From positions 1,536,001-1,600,000 of the forward strand of contig CAXXLV010000002.1 of assembly GCA_963664305.2 (NCBI GenBank): a DNA stretch of 64,000 nucleotides, in the 5' to 3' direction. This stretch comes from an uncultured Aliarcobacter sp. (GTDB lineage Bacteria; Campylobacterota; Campylobacteria; Campylobacterales; Arcobacteraceae). Below are positions 1 through 10,839 of this stretch, piece after piece. A model generated the notes under the pieces. That model saw only the letters and a list, made by a program, of their open reading frames with translations. It had not been told where the DNA came from and did no database searches. Made by a program: the position numbers and the translations under genes. Each line of letters starts with the position of its first letter. Position 1 is the stretch's first letter.

Positions 1-56
1 TTGGTTATATTCAAAAGCTTTAAAAGAAGATGATTTTATAAGTTTTGCAAAAAATT

Positions 57-1988
57 TTAAATAGTTTTTTCATCAACTAAAGAAAAAGAAACTTCAAAAA
101 GAGCTCCTTTATAACTCACTTTTTCATGAACAAACTCTTGATTTGATACGAAAATTTTTCCTTTCATATGTTTTTCAATAATCTCTTTAGACATGTATAA
201 CCCTATACCTGTTCCTTGAGATTTGAATTTTGTTGTGAAATATGGTTCAAAAATTTTATCCATAATTTTCTCATCAATTCCACCAGCGTTATCTTTTATT
301 AATATTTTAACTTCATTATTTTTTTCTTCAATTGATATAAAAATATATTTATTATCTAACTCTTTTCTCTCAAATTCATCTTTTGCATTGTTTAAAATAT
401 TTATTATTACTTGTAAAAATTCATTCTCAAAACCAAAAATATAAACATCATTTAAATTTTTAACAAATTTTATATTATTCAAATTAAATTGAACCTCTAA
501 TAATTCAAAAGCTTTATTAAATATATCTCTTATATTAAAATATGCTGCTTCTTTATGTGGATTAAAATAGTCTCTAAAATCATCTATTGTTTGTGATAAA
601 TATTTTGTTGTTGAAGTTATTGAATCCATCGCATGAAGTAATTCTTCTTTTTCTATTCCACCATATTCATATCTAATTTTAACTCCTGTTGAAAGAGTTG
701 AAATAGAACTTAAAGGTTGTCTCCATTGATGTGCAATATTTTCAAGCATTTCTCCCATGGCAGCCATTTTTGACTGTTGAGCTAACATACTATCTTTTTC
801 TTTACTTTTTTTAATATTACTTATTACTTGTTGTCTATATTTATAAAATCTTAATTCTAATCTTTTTGATATGTAAAAAGATAAAAATAAAAATAAAACT
901 GTTAATAATCCACTAGCTGTAAAAAGACTCAATAAATTATGCAAATAATTTTCTTTATACTCTTTCTCTTTTAATTTTATCTGCTGTTTTAGTTCATCTG
1001 TATAAAATCCAGTTGCTATTGCCCATTCCCAATCTTTAAAACCTTTTACATAAGTTATTTTTTCAGAAGGAAGATTTGTTTCTGGTTTTATGGTACTTAT
1101 ATATTTTAAAAAACCCTCACCTTGATTAGCTAAATTTATAATCTCTTGTGTAATCATAACGCCATTAGGGTCTTTCAAATTAATTCGATTAACACCAATA
1201 TAAGCCTTATTTAAATGTGATAAATAAACTCCAAATTTATCTATAACAAAAATAAAACCATTTGTTGAATATTTTATACTTGTTATATATTCTAAAATCT
1301 CTCTTTTTATTTTCTCTTCAAAATCACCAACATATTCACCTGTTCCAACAAACCAATTATATGGCTCAAATACTTTATTAAAAGTGATTTTTTTATATTG
1401 TTTTAGTTTTTCATCTGACTCAGGTTTTTTCCAATAATACTCATTGTAAGACTCTGTTTTATCTTTTAAACCATTTATAGTATTTTCTACAAATCTAAAA
1501 CCAAAATTATCTTCAAAATCTATAATTGTTTTATTTTCAAAATTCTGATTTAGAGGATATAATACAGATTTCCCCTCTAAGCTAACTATATAAAAATATC
1601 CTCTTCCATCATTAAATCTCAAAGCCCTAAGAGCATCTTTAATTCTCTCTTTTATTTTTTCTTCTGGTTCTGTATCTTTATATTTTTCATAAATAAAAGT
1701 CATGATATTATGTGCTTCATTTACTCTATTTTTAATATCTTGTTTTAGTTCTCTTTCACTATTTAATTTTTTATGAACAATATATTCATAAACTTTTTCA
1801 AGTTCATTTTTTATTATATTTTCATTTCTTTTTAAATATTCATTTTGTAATGTATTTAAATCTGCTTGTAATGTAATATTTTTATCAATGTACAATAAAA
1901 ACGTAACCATAATACATACTAAAGTAACAATAGCAACGGGTGTGAATTTTATTAATTTTATAAGTTTTTTTTCTTTTTTTGTCAACAT
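57..1988 (-). CDS. Sensor histidine kinase with periplasmic Cache domains
   Basis: Two TM segments flanking Cache-like repeats (GYFYIV/GFIFVID...W.IATG); H-box IAHQWRQPL; DNAGGI and GTGIGLYMS ATPase motifs. Confidence 0.9.
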   Translation of the reverse strand: MLTKKEKKLIKLIKFTPVAIVTLVCIMVTFLLYIDKNITLQADLNTLQNEYLKRNENIIKNELEKVYEYIVHKKLNSERELKQDIKNRVNEAHNIMTFIYEKYKDTEPEEKIKERIKDALRALRFNDGRGYFYIVSLEGKSVLYPLNQNFENKTIIDFEDNFGFRFVENTINGLKDKTESYNEYYWKKPESDEKLKQYKKITFNKVFEPYNWFVGTGEYVGDFEEKIKREILEYITSIKYSTNGFIFVIDKFGVYLSHLNKAYIGVNRINLKDPNGVMITQEIINLANQGEGFLKYISTIKPETNLPSEKITYVKGFKDWEWAIATGFYTDELKQQIKLKEKEYKENYLHNLLSLFTASGLLTVLFLFLSFYISKRLELRFYKYRQQVISNIKKSKEKDSMLAQQSKMAAMGEMLENIAHQWRQPLSSISTLSTGVKIRYEYGGIEKEELLHAMDSITSTTKYLSQTIDDFRDYFNPHKEAAYFNIRDIFNKAFELLEVQFNLNNIKFVKNLNDVYIFGFENEFLQVIINILNNAKDEFERKELDNKYIFISIEEKNNEVKILIKDNAGGIDEKIMDKIFEPYFTTKFKSQGTGIGLYMSKEIIEKHMKGKIFVSNQEFVHEKVSYKGALFEVSFSLVDEKTI

Positions 1989-2034
1989 CTGCGCAATATT
2001 ATCTTTTTTTTCATTAATTATAAAAAATTTTTAT

Positions 2035-2910
2035 TTATCGACCTAATTTATGTTCATATCTCTCTTTCATAGAGATATTTCCAAGAATACCACCTTGATG
2101 AATATATAAAAATTCATATTCATCATTTTTATCAAAATCTTTTACATATTGTTCAAAACAAAGCCAACCTAAACTATCATAAAGTAAATCAAATTCAATG
2201 TTTGTTTGATTTAATAATTCATTATGAATTTCATATAACTCTTTATAAAGCTTCCCAAAATGATATTTTTTCTCTTTTTTTAAAATTGTTGGAAAATTAG
2301 ATTTTTCAAGTTCTAAAAACTGTTTTTTTAAATATTCATCATCACCAACACAAGCACAAGTCAAAACTTCAAATGGAAGAAATTTTTGTAGATAAAGGGA
2401 TGTTGTTCCTGTACCACTTGGCAAAAAAACTTTTAGATTTTTTATTTGATTTTCTTTTGCCCACTCTTTTATCTCATTTGCTAAAATCTCTATTCCAAAA
2501 GAGGCTTCACTTACAGCTCCACCTTCACTAATAAAAAGTTCATCTTCTTTGAAACTTTTTGGAACTTCAGCTTCAATAATATTCATTCCAAATTCTTTTG
2601 CAAATTTATAATTTCCAACTGGATTTTCTTTTAAATATGAAGCAATATGGTCAACATAATAATCAAATTTCCAACCTTTGATTTTGCATAATACAGAAAG
2701 AGAATACATTGCATTTGATTGTGCAGAACCAAAAGATATAACTTTTTTTATTTTGGGAAAATCATTTTTCAAAAAATAATAAAACTTTCTAGCCTTATTT
2801 CCTGAAAAATCTTTGTGTAATAAATCATCTCTTTTTACAAAATATTTTTTATTATTAAAGATTATTTGTTGAATTAAAGAATTTGTATAGTTCATGAAAA
2901 ATTGTACCAT
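2035..2910 (-). CDS. PLP-dependent ACC deaminase/D-cysteine desulfhydrase family protein (start may be 2895)
   Basis: KRDDL...SGNKARK PLP-lysine motif, SFGSAQSNA, PSGTGTT. Confidence 0.85.
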   Translation of the reverse strand: MVQFFMNYTNSLIQQIIFNNKKYFVKRDDLLHKDFSGNKARKFYYFLKNDFPKIKKVISFGSAQSNAMYSLSVLCKIKGWKFDYYVDHIASYLKENPVGNYKFAKEFGMNIIEAEVPKSFKEDELFISEGGAVSEASFGIEILANEIKEWAKENQIKNLKVFLPSGTGTTSLYLQKFLPFEVLTCACVGDDEYLKKQFLELEKSNFPTILKKEKKYHFGKLYKELYEIHNELLNQTNIEFDLLYDSLGWLCFEQYVKDFDKNDEYEFLYIHQGGILGNISMKERYEHKLGR

Positions 2911-2932
2911 CTCTTAGCAAAATTTTTATACA

Positions 2933-3430
2933 ATGTCACAAAAAATTATTGGGGTCGTTATGGATTTAATGGGATACATTGATAAAGGTGGAGTTATTGT
3001 TTATATTTTAATATTTTTAAATGTAATAGGATTTACTATTATTTTATGGAAATTTTTTACACTTCCTAGAAAAAATACAATTATAAATCAAATAAAACAC
3101 AAAGTTACAAATAACGCTTCTATTACTTCTCAAATAGAATATGAAGTTAAAAAACTTGAATCTGGTCTTACTATTATAAAAAACATAGCAACAGTTGCAC
3201 CTCTTTTAGGATTATTAGGTACTGTTATTGGAGTTTATAAATCTTTTGAAGCAATTACTCAAAATGGTTTAGGTGACCCAACTATATTTTCAAATGGAAT
3301 TGGAATTGCTTTAATTACAACAATTGCTGGATTAATTGTTGCAATTCCTCACCAAATAGCTTATAACCATTTTATCTCTTTAATTGATTCTATTGAATTA
3401 AAAGCTAAAAAAGAGCTAGTGAGCGAATAA
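2933..3430 (+). CDS. exbB: MotA/TolQ/ExbB proton channel protein (start probably a later Met)
   Basis: APLLGLLGTVIG and ALITTIAGLIVAIP motifs; followed by exbD-like gene. Confidence 0.85.
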   Translation: MSQKIIGVVMDLMGYIDKGGVIVYILIFLNVIGFTIILWKFFTLPRKNTIINQIKHKVTNNASITSQIEYEVKKLESGLTIIKNIATVAPLLGLLGTVIGVYKSFEAITQNGLGDPTIFSNGIGIALITTIAGLIVAIPHQIAYNHFISLIDSIELKAKKELVSE

Positions 3431-3822
3431 TGAAAAGACGTGAAGCTCTAGGCTTAGATTTAACTCCTGTTATTGACGTTGTTTTTATTTTACTTATCTT
3501 TTTTATTGTTACTTCTGTATTCAAAAAAGAAGAACTTGCTTTAATGTTAGATTTACCTACATCAAATGCAAAAGAGATGGAAATAAAAGAGGAACAAGTC
3601 TTTATAGAATTAAATCAAAATAAGTTAGCTATCAAAGGAATTGAAGTATCTTTTGAATCTTTAGAAGATAACTTAAAAGCAATAAAAAATAAAAATAAAC
3701 CAGTTATTGTAAGAATTGATAAAAAAGTCGAGTATCAAAGAGTGGTTAAAGTTTTAGATTTACTTCAAAAATATGATTTAACAAATCTAGCTTTAGTTAC
3801 AAATGAAGAAGGGAAAAAGTAG
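3430..3822 (+). CDS. exbD: ExbD/TolR biopolymer transport protein
   Basis: LTPVIDVVFILLIFFIVT motif; start overlaps exbB stop. Confidence 0.85.
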   Translation: MKRREALGLDLTPVIDVVFILLIFFIVTSVFKKEELALMLDLPTSNAKEMEIKEEQVFIELNQNKLAIKGIEVSFESLEDNLKAIKNKNKPVIVRIDKKVEYQRVVKVLDLLQKYDLTNLALVTNEEGKK

Positions 3823-3842
3823 TTTTTCTTCTTCATTTTATA

Positions 3843-4655
3843 TTAGTCTTCTAATAAATTTGTATTATTAATTGCATAATTCAAATATTCTAAATCAAAA
3901 TTATACTCTTTTGCTTTTTCTAAAGCTTTTTGTTTATTTTCTTCACTCAATGGATTTCTTAAATCAAAAAGAGTTCTAACAATATCTAAAATCTGGCATT
4001 TTTCTCTATTATCTTTACTACAAGCATTTACGTCATCTACAAACTCTATAATTTCTATTAAATTATTATTGAACTTCCAATATCTAAAAATTTCAGCTGT
4101 AACTTTATGTGTTGTAATTTCAACTAACTCATTTTCAATAGTTGTTATATCTATTCCAGCATCTATTTTTTCTCTAAACTCTTCTAATAAACCTCTGTTT
4201 ATAATTGTTTCTGATAATAAGAATTTGCCAGTTTCATGTAACAAACATGCCAGAATTACTTCATCTTTAAAACTTCTATCCATTTTAGTTATCCATAAAT
4301 CAACAAAACGTAGAGAGCTATGTGTAATTTTTGTAAAATTTTCACAATTTATTCCATAAGGATGTAAATCAATTTTTAAAACACTATCTATAGCCTCTTT
4401 TATTGCAACGTATATTGTAAAATTTATACCTAAAAGATTTATTACTCTTTTTACTGTTTCAATTTTAGAATTAAATCCAAATAGTGATGAATTAGAAATT
4501 TTTAATAGTGTCGCTACACATAAAGGATCTTTTTCAACAATTTTTACTAATTCATCTGCATCTTGATTAGCTTGTTTTTTAAATGTTTCTATTTCTAAAA
4601 TTGTCTCTGGTAAAGGAGGTAATGTTTCAATTTTTTCTAATATATTTTCTAACAT
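3843..4655 (-). CDS. HDOD domain protein
   Basis: LPPLP...DPLCVATLLKISNS...LLHETGK pattern. Confidence 0.85.
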   Translation of the reverse strand: MLENILEKIETLPPLPETILEIETFKKQANQDADELVKIVEKDPLCVATLLKISNSSLFGFNSKIETVKRVINLLGINFTIYVAIKEAIDSVLKIDLHPYGINCENFTKITHSSLRFVDLWITKMDRSFKDEVILACLLHETGKFLLSETIINRGLLEEFREKIDAGIDITTIENELVEITTHKVTAEIFRYWKFNNNLIEIIEFVDDVNACSKDNREKCQILDIVRTLFDLRNPLSEENKQKALEKAKEYNFDLEYLNYAINNTNLLED

Positions 4656-4737
4656 AATTTACCCTTTTGTCTGTTCTTCTAGTCAAATTATATTTAGAAA
4701 TAATATCAAAGTAGTATCATTTTAAAAAGAAGAGAAA

Positions 4738-5112
4738 TTAATTTTTCTCTTCTTCTAAAAGTTGTTTATACTCTTCGTCAGTAAAAATTCTTGATTTTGT
4801 TATAAATTGATAACCTAAATCTATTTCAAGGGAAAATGAGTTTCCAAAGGCAGCTTTTTCTTCTCTTACATCTATTGTTATAAAAGAGTGTTTAAAATAT
4901 TCAAATTGTTGTGGATCAATAAAAAATTCACATCCACAAATTTCTCCCATTTTTACATTACGGCTAGGGACATAAAAATCACCTTTTTCATAACACATAG
5001 GAGCCGTACCATCACAACAACCACCACTTTGATTAAAAACTAATTCACCATGAAGTTCTTTTAGTTTTTCTATCACTTTTGCTGCTGCATCTGTAACATC
5101 TACTCTTTTCAT
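4738..5112 (-). CDS. DUF779 family protein (aldehyde dehydrogenase-associated)
   Basis: QSGGCCDGTAPMC and FSLE motifs; directly downstream of the ALDH. Confidence 0.85.
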   Translation of the reverse strand: MKRVDVTDAAAKVIEKLKELHGELVFNQSGGCCDGTAPMCYEKGDFYVPSRNVKMGEICGCEFFIDPQQFEYFKHSFITIDVREEKAAFGNSFSLEIDLGYQFITKSRIFTDEEYKQLLEEEKN

Positions 5113-5136
5113 TTTTTATCCTTTTGAATAAAAAAA

Positions 5137-5161
5137 CCCATAGAGGAGAACTTCTATGGGT
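5137..5161 (-). terminator. Hairpin/intrinsic terminator after the aldehyde dehydrogenase
   Basis: ACCCATAGAG...CTTCTATGGGT stem; T-run follows on the minus strand. Confidence 0.6.
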
Positions 5162-5189
5162 ATTTATGGATTTATTTTCGCGTTAAATC

Positions 5190-6695
5190 CTAGAAGAAAC
5201 CTAATTTATTTTTATTGTATGAAGTTAAAATATTTTTTGTATGTCTATATGAATTTAACATCATCATATGAGTTTCTCTTCCGATTCCTGATTTTTTATA
5301 TCCTCCGAATGATGCATGAGATGGATACATGTGGTAGCAGTTAACCCATACTCTTCCAGCTTCTATACCTCTACTCATTCTATGTAATTGGTGAGCATCT
5401 CTTGACCATACACCTGAACCTAAACCATAGATTGTATCATTTGCAATTGCTAATGCTTCTGCTTCATCTTTGAAAGTTGTAACAGCAAGAACTGGTCCAA
5501 AAATCTCTTCTTGGAAGATTCTCATTTTGTTGTGACCTTTAAACAGTGTTGGTTGAATATAGAATCCATTTGGATTAGTTTCAGATTCAAATACATCTCC
5601 ACCAATTAACAGTTCAGCACCTTCTTCTTTACCAATATTGATGTATTCCATAATTTTTTCTTTTTGATTTAAAGAACATTGAGCACCCATCATATTTTCT
5701 GTATCTAAAGGATTTCCTAATTTAATTGCTTTAACTCTTTCAAGTACTCTTGCAATAAATGGCTCATAAATTGACTCTTGAATTAATGCTCTTGATGGAC
5801 AAGTACAAACTTCACCAGAGTTAAATGCGAATAATACTAAACCTTCGATTGCTTTATCAAAGAACTCATCATCAGCATCCATAATTGATTCAAAGAATAC
5901 ATTTGGAGATTTTCCACCTAACTCTAAAGTTGAAGGAATAATATTTTCTGTTGCATATTGCATAATTAATTGACCAGTTGTTGTTTCACCAGTAAATCCA
6001 ACTTTTTTAACTAATGGATGAGTAGATAAATATTTACCAATTTTTCCTCCAGCACCATTGATGATATTTACAACACCTTTTGGTAATACATCTTGAACTG
6101 CTTCCATTAATAATAAAATTGACATAGGTGTAGCAGATGCAGGTTTCATAACGATACAATTTCCAGCAGCAATAGCAGGAGCTAATTTCCAAGCAGCCAT
6201 TAATAATGGGAAATTCCAAGGAATAATTTGAGCAACAACACCATATGGCTCATAAATTTCTTGAGAAACTGTGTTTTCATCTAAATCTGAAACTGTTCCA
6301 GACTCAGCTCTAATTACAGATGCAAAATATCTAAAGTGGTCAACAACTAAAGGAACGTCTGCATTTAAAGTTTCTCTAATAGTTTTACCATTATCTAAAG
6401 TTTCAGCAATAGCTAATTTTTCTAAATTTGCTTCAATTGCATCAGCCATTTTATTTAATAAGTTACTTCTTTCAACAATTGATGTATGTTTAAAAGATTT
6501 GAATGCAGTATCAGCTGCAATAATTGCTGCTTCAACATCAGCTTCATTTGATCTTGGAATTCTTGTTAATAATGTTCCATCAACTGGAGAAATATTATCA
6601 AAGTACTCACCACTTTTTGGAGCAACCCATTCTCCACCTATAAAATTCTCATATTGAGCTTTGTATGTTGGTTTTGTATAAATCATTTTTTTCAT
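5190..6695 (-). CDS. NAD-dependent aldehyde dehydrogenase (AldB/ExaC/AcoD type)
   Basis: IIPWNFP, GFTGETTTG, LELGGKSP, GEVCTCPSR (catalytic Cys), EEIFGPV. Confidence 0.93.
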   Translation of the reverse strand: MKKMIYTKPTYKAQYENFIGGEWVAPKSGEYFDNISPVDGTLLTRIPRSNEADVEAAIIAADTAFKSFKHTSIVERSNLLNKMADAIEANLEKLAIAETLDNGKTIRETLNADVPLVVDHFRYFASVIRAESGTVSDLDENTVSQEIYEPYGVVAQIIPWNFPLLMAAWKLAPAIAAGNCIVMKPASATPMSILLLMEAVQDVLPKGVVNIINGAGGKIGKYLSTHPLVKKVGFTGETTTGQLIMQYATENIIPSTLELGGKSPNVFFESIMDADDEFFDKAIEGLVLFAFNSGEVCTCPSRALIQESIYEPFIARVLERVKAIKLGNPLDTENMMGAQCSLNQKEKIMEYINIGKEEGAELLIGGDVFESETNPNGFYIQPTLFKGHNKMRIFQEEIFGPVLAVTTFKDEAEALAIANDTIYGLGSGVWSRDAHQLHRMSRGIEAGRVWVNCYHMYPSHASFGGYKKSGIGRETHMMMLNSYRHTKNILTSYNKNKLGFF

Positions 6696-6762
6696 CCTTT
6701 TAAATTTAGAAATTGAAGAAAATATCTTTTAAAAAGAGTAATTTTTTTCTTCCATTGATGAA

Positions 6763-6816
6763 ATCTTACACCACATTTATAGCATAAATTTAGCGTAAGT
6801 ATAGCATGAGTATAGC
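6763..6816 (-). promoter_or_regulatory. ALDH promoter: four GCTA repeats (11-bp period) plus -10 TAAGAT
   Basis: TAGC on + strand at 6780, 6791, 6802, 6813; ATCTTA at 6763-6768. Confidence 0.75.
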
Positions 6817-6907
6817 AATGTAGTTTTTTGTTACAAATTACGATAAATTCGGCGTTTTTATCAATTTTTTTTCTTTGAAAATTTCAAAATATGTGTTACA
6901 ATTTTTT

Positions 6908-8815
6908 ATGAAAACTTTTACATATACAATAAATAATAAACCTTTAGAAAAGATAATTGATTTTTCAATGTTTGAAAACGAAAAAAATATTTTAATTCAA
7001 ATTTTTTGTGGTGAAACAAAAGAAAAATTAGAAAACATATTAGATGTTATTACAAAAAGATTAGCTCATGCTGTTTGTATAGGTTCTTCTACAGATGGAG
7101 AAATAAGTAATGATACTATTACAACAAATCAAACTATCATATCTATTTCTACTTTTGAAACAACAACAATTAAATATGCATATGTTGAAGAAGAAGACTC
7201 TTTTTCAAATGGTGTGGAACTTGCTACAAAACTTTGTACAGATACAACAAAAGCTATTATTGCTTTTAGTGATGGAGCTACTACAAATGGAGAAGAATTT
7301 TTAAATGGTATCAATTTTGTAAATAACAAAGTAATTGTAAGTGGTGGTATGGCTGCTGATAATGCAAACTTTACTCAGACATTTATCTCTTGTCAAAATA
7401 AAATATTAACAAAAGGTGCTGTTGGTATTTCTTTAAATTCTGAAGATTTAAAAGTATGTAATGCTTTTAATTTTAATTGGTCTCCAATAGGAATAGAGCA
7501 TGTTATTGAAGAAGTTGTTGGAAATAGAGTTTACAAAATCTCTGGCCTTACACCTTTAGATTTTTATGAAAAATATTTAGGAGAATATGTTGCTCGGTCA
7601 CTTCCAGCAACAGGAATAGAATTTCCTTTAATTGTACAAAAAAATAGAATTCCAATTGCAAGAGCTGTTATAGCAAAACATGAAGATGGAAGTTTGAGTT
7701 TTGCAGGGAATCTTCATAAAGGAGATGTTGTAAGACTTGGTTTTGGAAATGTTGAATTAATTCTAAGTAATCCTCTAAAATCTTTATTAGATAAATGTGC
7801 AATGAATGAAACTCAAAGTATTTTTATCTATACATGTATGGCAAGACGTAGATATATGCCAAGTTTAATTGATATAGAAATAAAACCTTTTTCAAAAATA
7901 GCACCAACTGTTGGTTTTTTTACTTATGGAGAGTTTTTTCATAATAAAGAGAATAATGAACTATTAAATCAAACACTAACGGTATTAGCTTTAACAGAAA
8001 AAACAAATTCAAATTTGGATTTGAAAGTTGAAATAAATAGTAATCAAGACAAACTTAGTGAGCATGCAAGAAGTCTGCAAGCTTTAACAAATCTAATTCA
8101 ACAATCTTCACGTGATTATAATGAACAATCAGAAAAATTAGAAAAAGGAAATAAATATGCACAAAATCTAATAGAATCTCAAAAACAGTTTTTAAAACAC
8201 GCAGTTCATGAAACAAATACTCCCTTATCAGTTATCATGGGAAATATTGAGATGTTTGAAATGGAAAATGGAAAAAACAAATACCTTTCAAATATTGAAG
8301 TTGCAATGAAAAATATCTTTAGTATTTATGATGATTTGAGTTATTTAATCAAAAAAGACCAAGTAAATTCTGCAATTCATAAAATAAATATAGTTGATTT
8401 TGTTAGAAGTAGAATTGATTTTTTTACATCTTCTGCTTTGAAATTTAAATCAAATTTTAAATTTCAATCATTAAAAGATGAAATAATTATGAATTTCAAT
8501 GAAATAAAACTTCAAAGAATAGTTGATAATAATCTTACAAATGCAATTAAATACACTCTTCCAAATGAAACAATATTTGTAAGGCTTTCTGAATTTAACT
8601 CTGAATGTCACTTTACAATTGAGAGTCGTTCAAAACAGATTTTAGACCCACAACAAATTTTTGAAGAATATTATAGAGAAGAGCTTTCAGAAGAAGGTTT
8701 TGGACTTGGACTAAATTTAGTAAAAAGAATTTGCAGTGAAGAAAATGTAGGAATTAGATTAGAATCTGGTGAAAACTTTGCTTCATTTACATATATTTTT
8801 AAAGGAGTACTATGA
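6908..8815 (+). CDS. Cytoplasmic FIST-domain sensor histidine kinase
   Basis: FIST N/C motifs (IGSSTDGEI, GGMAAD, CMARR, GFFTYGEF); H-box HETNTPL; GFGLGL; no TM segment seen; ATG at 6908 preferred over TTG 6875. Confidence 0.85.
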   Translation: MKTFTYTINNKPLEKIIDFSMFENEKNILIQIFCGETKEKLENILDVITKRLAHAVCIGSSTDGEISNDTITTNQTIISISTFETTTIKYAYVEEEDSFSNGVELATKLCTDTTKAIIAFSDGATTNGEEFLNGINFVNNKVIVSGGMAADNANFTQTFISCQNKILTKGAVGISLNSEDLKVCNAFNFNWSPIGIEHVIEEVVGNRVYKISGLTPLDFYEKYLGEYVARSLPATGIEFPLIVQKNRIPIARAVIAKHEDGSLSFAGNLHKGDVVRLGFGNVELILSNPLKSLLDKCAMNETQSIFIYTCMARRRYMPSLIDIEIKPFSKIAPTVGFFTYGEFFHNKENNELLNQTLTVLALTEKTNSNLDLKVEINSNQDKLSEHARSLQALTNLIQQSSRDYNEQSEKLEKGNKYAQNLIESQKQFLKHAVHETNTPLSVIMGNIEMFEMENGKNKYLSNIEVAMKNIFSIYDDLSYLIKKDQVNSAIHKINIVDFVRSRIDFFTSSALKFKSNFKFQSLKDEIIMNFNEIKLQRIVDNNLTNAIKYTLPNETIFVRLSEFNSECHFTIESRSKQILDPQQIFEEYYREELSEEGFGLGLNLVKRICSEENVGIRLESGENFASFTYIFKGVL

Positions 8816-9471
8816 AAATTTTATTAGTAGAAGATGATGAAATGTTAAATGAAATGATTACTGAATATATAAATTCAACTGGTCATGTAATAATAAGTAC
8901 AAAAACAGGTCAAGAATCTTTAGAAATCTTAGACTCCCAAAAATTTGATTTATTGATTTTAGATATTTCACTTCCAGATATAGATGGTTTTACGATTTTA
9001 GAAAAATTGCATGAACAAAAAAGAATGGTTCCAACTATTTATATTTCTGCATTAATTGATATAGAAGATATATCTAGAGCTTTTGATTTAGGTTGTTTTG
9101 ATTATCTAAAAAAACCTTTTCATCTAAAAGAACTGACTCTAAGAATAAATAAAATTCTAAAAACAAGATTGGTTCCTCAAAGACATAAAAGACTTTCAAA
9201 ACATTATAGTTTTGATGCAGAAACTATGACTTTATATTTTAATAATGAACCACATATTCTTCCAAGACGACAACTTCAAATTATTGAACTTTTAGCACAA
9301 AATAGAAGTTTAGTTGTAAACTATGATATGTTTAGAACTTATGTTTGGAATGATGATTATATAGATAATGCAACTATTAGAGCAGAAGTAAATAGAGTAA
9401 AAACTGTATTAAGAGAAGATTTTATTAAAAATATAAGAGGAAGCGGTTATATGGTTGAAAGACCTGATTAA
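8812..9471 (+). CDS. OmpR/PhoB-family response regulator
   Basis: Receiver (VEDD, LDISLP, KPF) plus winged helix ending IRGSGY; ATGA overlap with the kinase. Confidence 0.9.
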   Translation: MKILLVEDDEMLNEMITEYINSTGHVIISTKTGQESLEILDSQKFDLLILDISLPDIDGFTILEKLHEQKRMVPTIYISALIDIEDISRAFDLGCFDYLKKPFHLKELTLRINKILKTRLVPQRHKRLSKHYSFDAETMTLYFNNEPHILPRRQLQIIELLAQNRSLVVNYDMFRTYVWNDDYIDNATIRAEVNRVKTVLREDFIKNIRGSGYMVERPD

Positions 9472-9487
9472 GGTCTTTCTTTTTATA

Positions 9488-10588
9488 TTAAATAAAAGTC
9501 AAAGAATTTAATCTATTTCTATATATGATTTTATCATCTGCATAAATCATACTATCTTCAATTTTTTTATTTATTATTCCATGGTCTGGTGATTTTATAC
9601 AAACAGGGTCAGTTGCATTCATATCTTTTGTTAATGCAAATGCTTGACATCTGCATCCTCCAAAATCTTTCTCTTTTTCATCACAAGTACGACATGGTTC
9701 TTTCATCCATTTATCACCTCTAAAATAGTTAAAGGCTTCAGATTCATACCAAATATGTTCTACTGAACTCTCTTTTACATTTGGAAAAGTTAAAGGTAAA
9801 GTATTTGCTGTATTACAAGGAAGTGCTAAACCATCTGGATTAATAGTTAAAAATGTTGTTCCCCATCCATTCATACAAGCTTTTGGTCTTGTTGCAAAAT
9901 AATCAGGAACAACAAAAAATACTTTCATATCTGTTCTTTGTGTTCTATAATAATTTGTAACTTTTCTTGCTTCACTAATTTGTTCTTGAGATGGTAAAAG
10001 TGCATTTATATTTTTTAAAGCCCACCCATAATATTGGATATTTGCGATTTCTAAATAATTTGCACCTAATTTTTCAGCAAACTCTATGATATCTCCAACT
10101 TGATGAATATTTTGTCGAGTAATACAAGTATTAATAATAAGTTGAAGACCTGCATCTTTTACCTCTTTTGCAAATGCAATTTTTTCATCATAAGAGTTTT
10201 TATTGTTTGTTATTAAAGTCATAGTATTTTTATCATGTGATTGAATACCAAGTTGAACTGTTTTAAGTCCTGCTTCTTTTAATTTTGGAACAATTCCTTT
10301 TGGAGCACCAACTCCTGAAGTTATAAGATTTGTATAAAATTTTAAATCATTTGCTTTTTTTACAATCTCTAAAACATCTTTATTTAATAAAGGCTCTCCT
10401 CCACTAATTCCAAGTTGAACAGCACCTAATTCTCTTGCTTGTTCCATCACTCTAAACCAATCTTCTTTGCTCATAGCGTCTTTTGTTTTTGCAAAATCAA
10501 GTTGGTTATAACAATATGCACACTCTAAAGGACATTTATGAGTTAATTCTAAAAGAATCCATAATGGTGGTTTTATTTCATTGTTCAT
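9488..10588 (-). CDS. pqqE: PQQ biosynthesis radical SAM enzyme
   Basis: ELTHKCPLECAYCYN; SPASM motifs KACMNGWG and CRTC...GGCRCQA. Confidence 0.95.
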   Translation of the reverse strand: MNNEIKPPLWILLELTHKCPLECAYCYNQLDFAKTKDAMSKEDWFRVMEQARELGAVQLGISGGEPLLNKDVLEIVKKANDLKFYTNLITSGVGAPKGIVPKLKEAGLKTVQLGIQSHDKNTMTLITNNKNSYDEKIAFAKEVKDAGLQLIINTCITRQNIHQVGDIIEFAEKLGANYLEIANIQYYGWALKNINALLPSQEQISEARKVTNYYRTQRTDMKVFFVVPDYFATRPKACMNGWGTTFLTINPDGLALPCNTANTLPLTFPNVKESSVEHIWYESEAFNYFRGDKWMKEPCRTCDEKEKDFGGCRCQAFALTKDMNATDPVCIKSPDHGIINKKIEDSMIYADDKIIYRNRLNSLTFI

Positions 10589-10838
10589 ATTTAATCCAGT
10601 TTCTATTTTTTGCTTCTGCTAAAAAAGCATTTATATCTTGTGTTAAATCTTCCATTTCAAATTTTTCACATAAAATTTTATTTATATCTTTTACGCTGTT
10701 TTTTCCGTCACAAAGATTTAGAATTTCTCCTGCACTTTGATTTAATTGAACCATACCTTCTGGGTATAAAAGTACATAACAGTTTTGTTTTTCTTCCCAT
10801 TGAAATTGAAAATTCGGATTTACACTTATATTTTTCAT
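10578..10838 (-). CDS. pqqD: PQQ precursor peptide chaperone
   Basis: VLLYPEGMVQLNQSAGEIL..CDG motif; operon position. Confidence 0.93.
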   Translation of the reverse strand: MKNISVNPNFQFQWEEKQNCYVLLYPEGMVQLNQSAGEILNLCDGKNSVKDINKILCEKFEMEDLTQDINAFLAEAKNRNWIKYEQ

Positions 10839-10839
10839 T

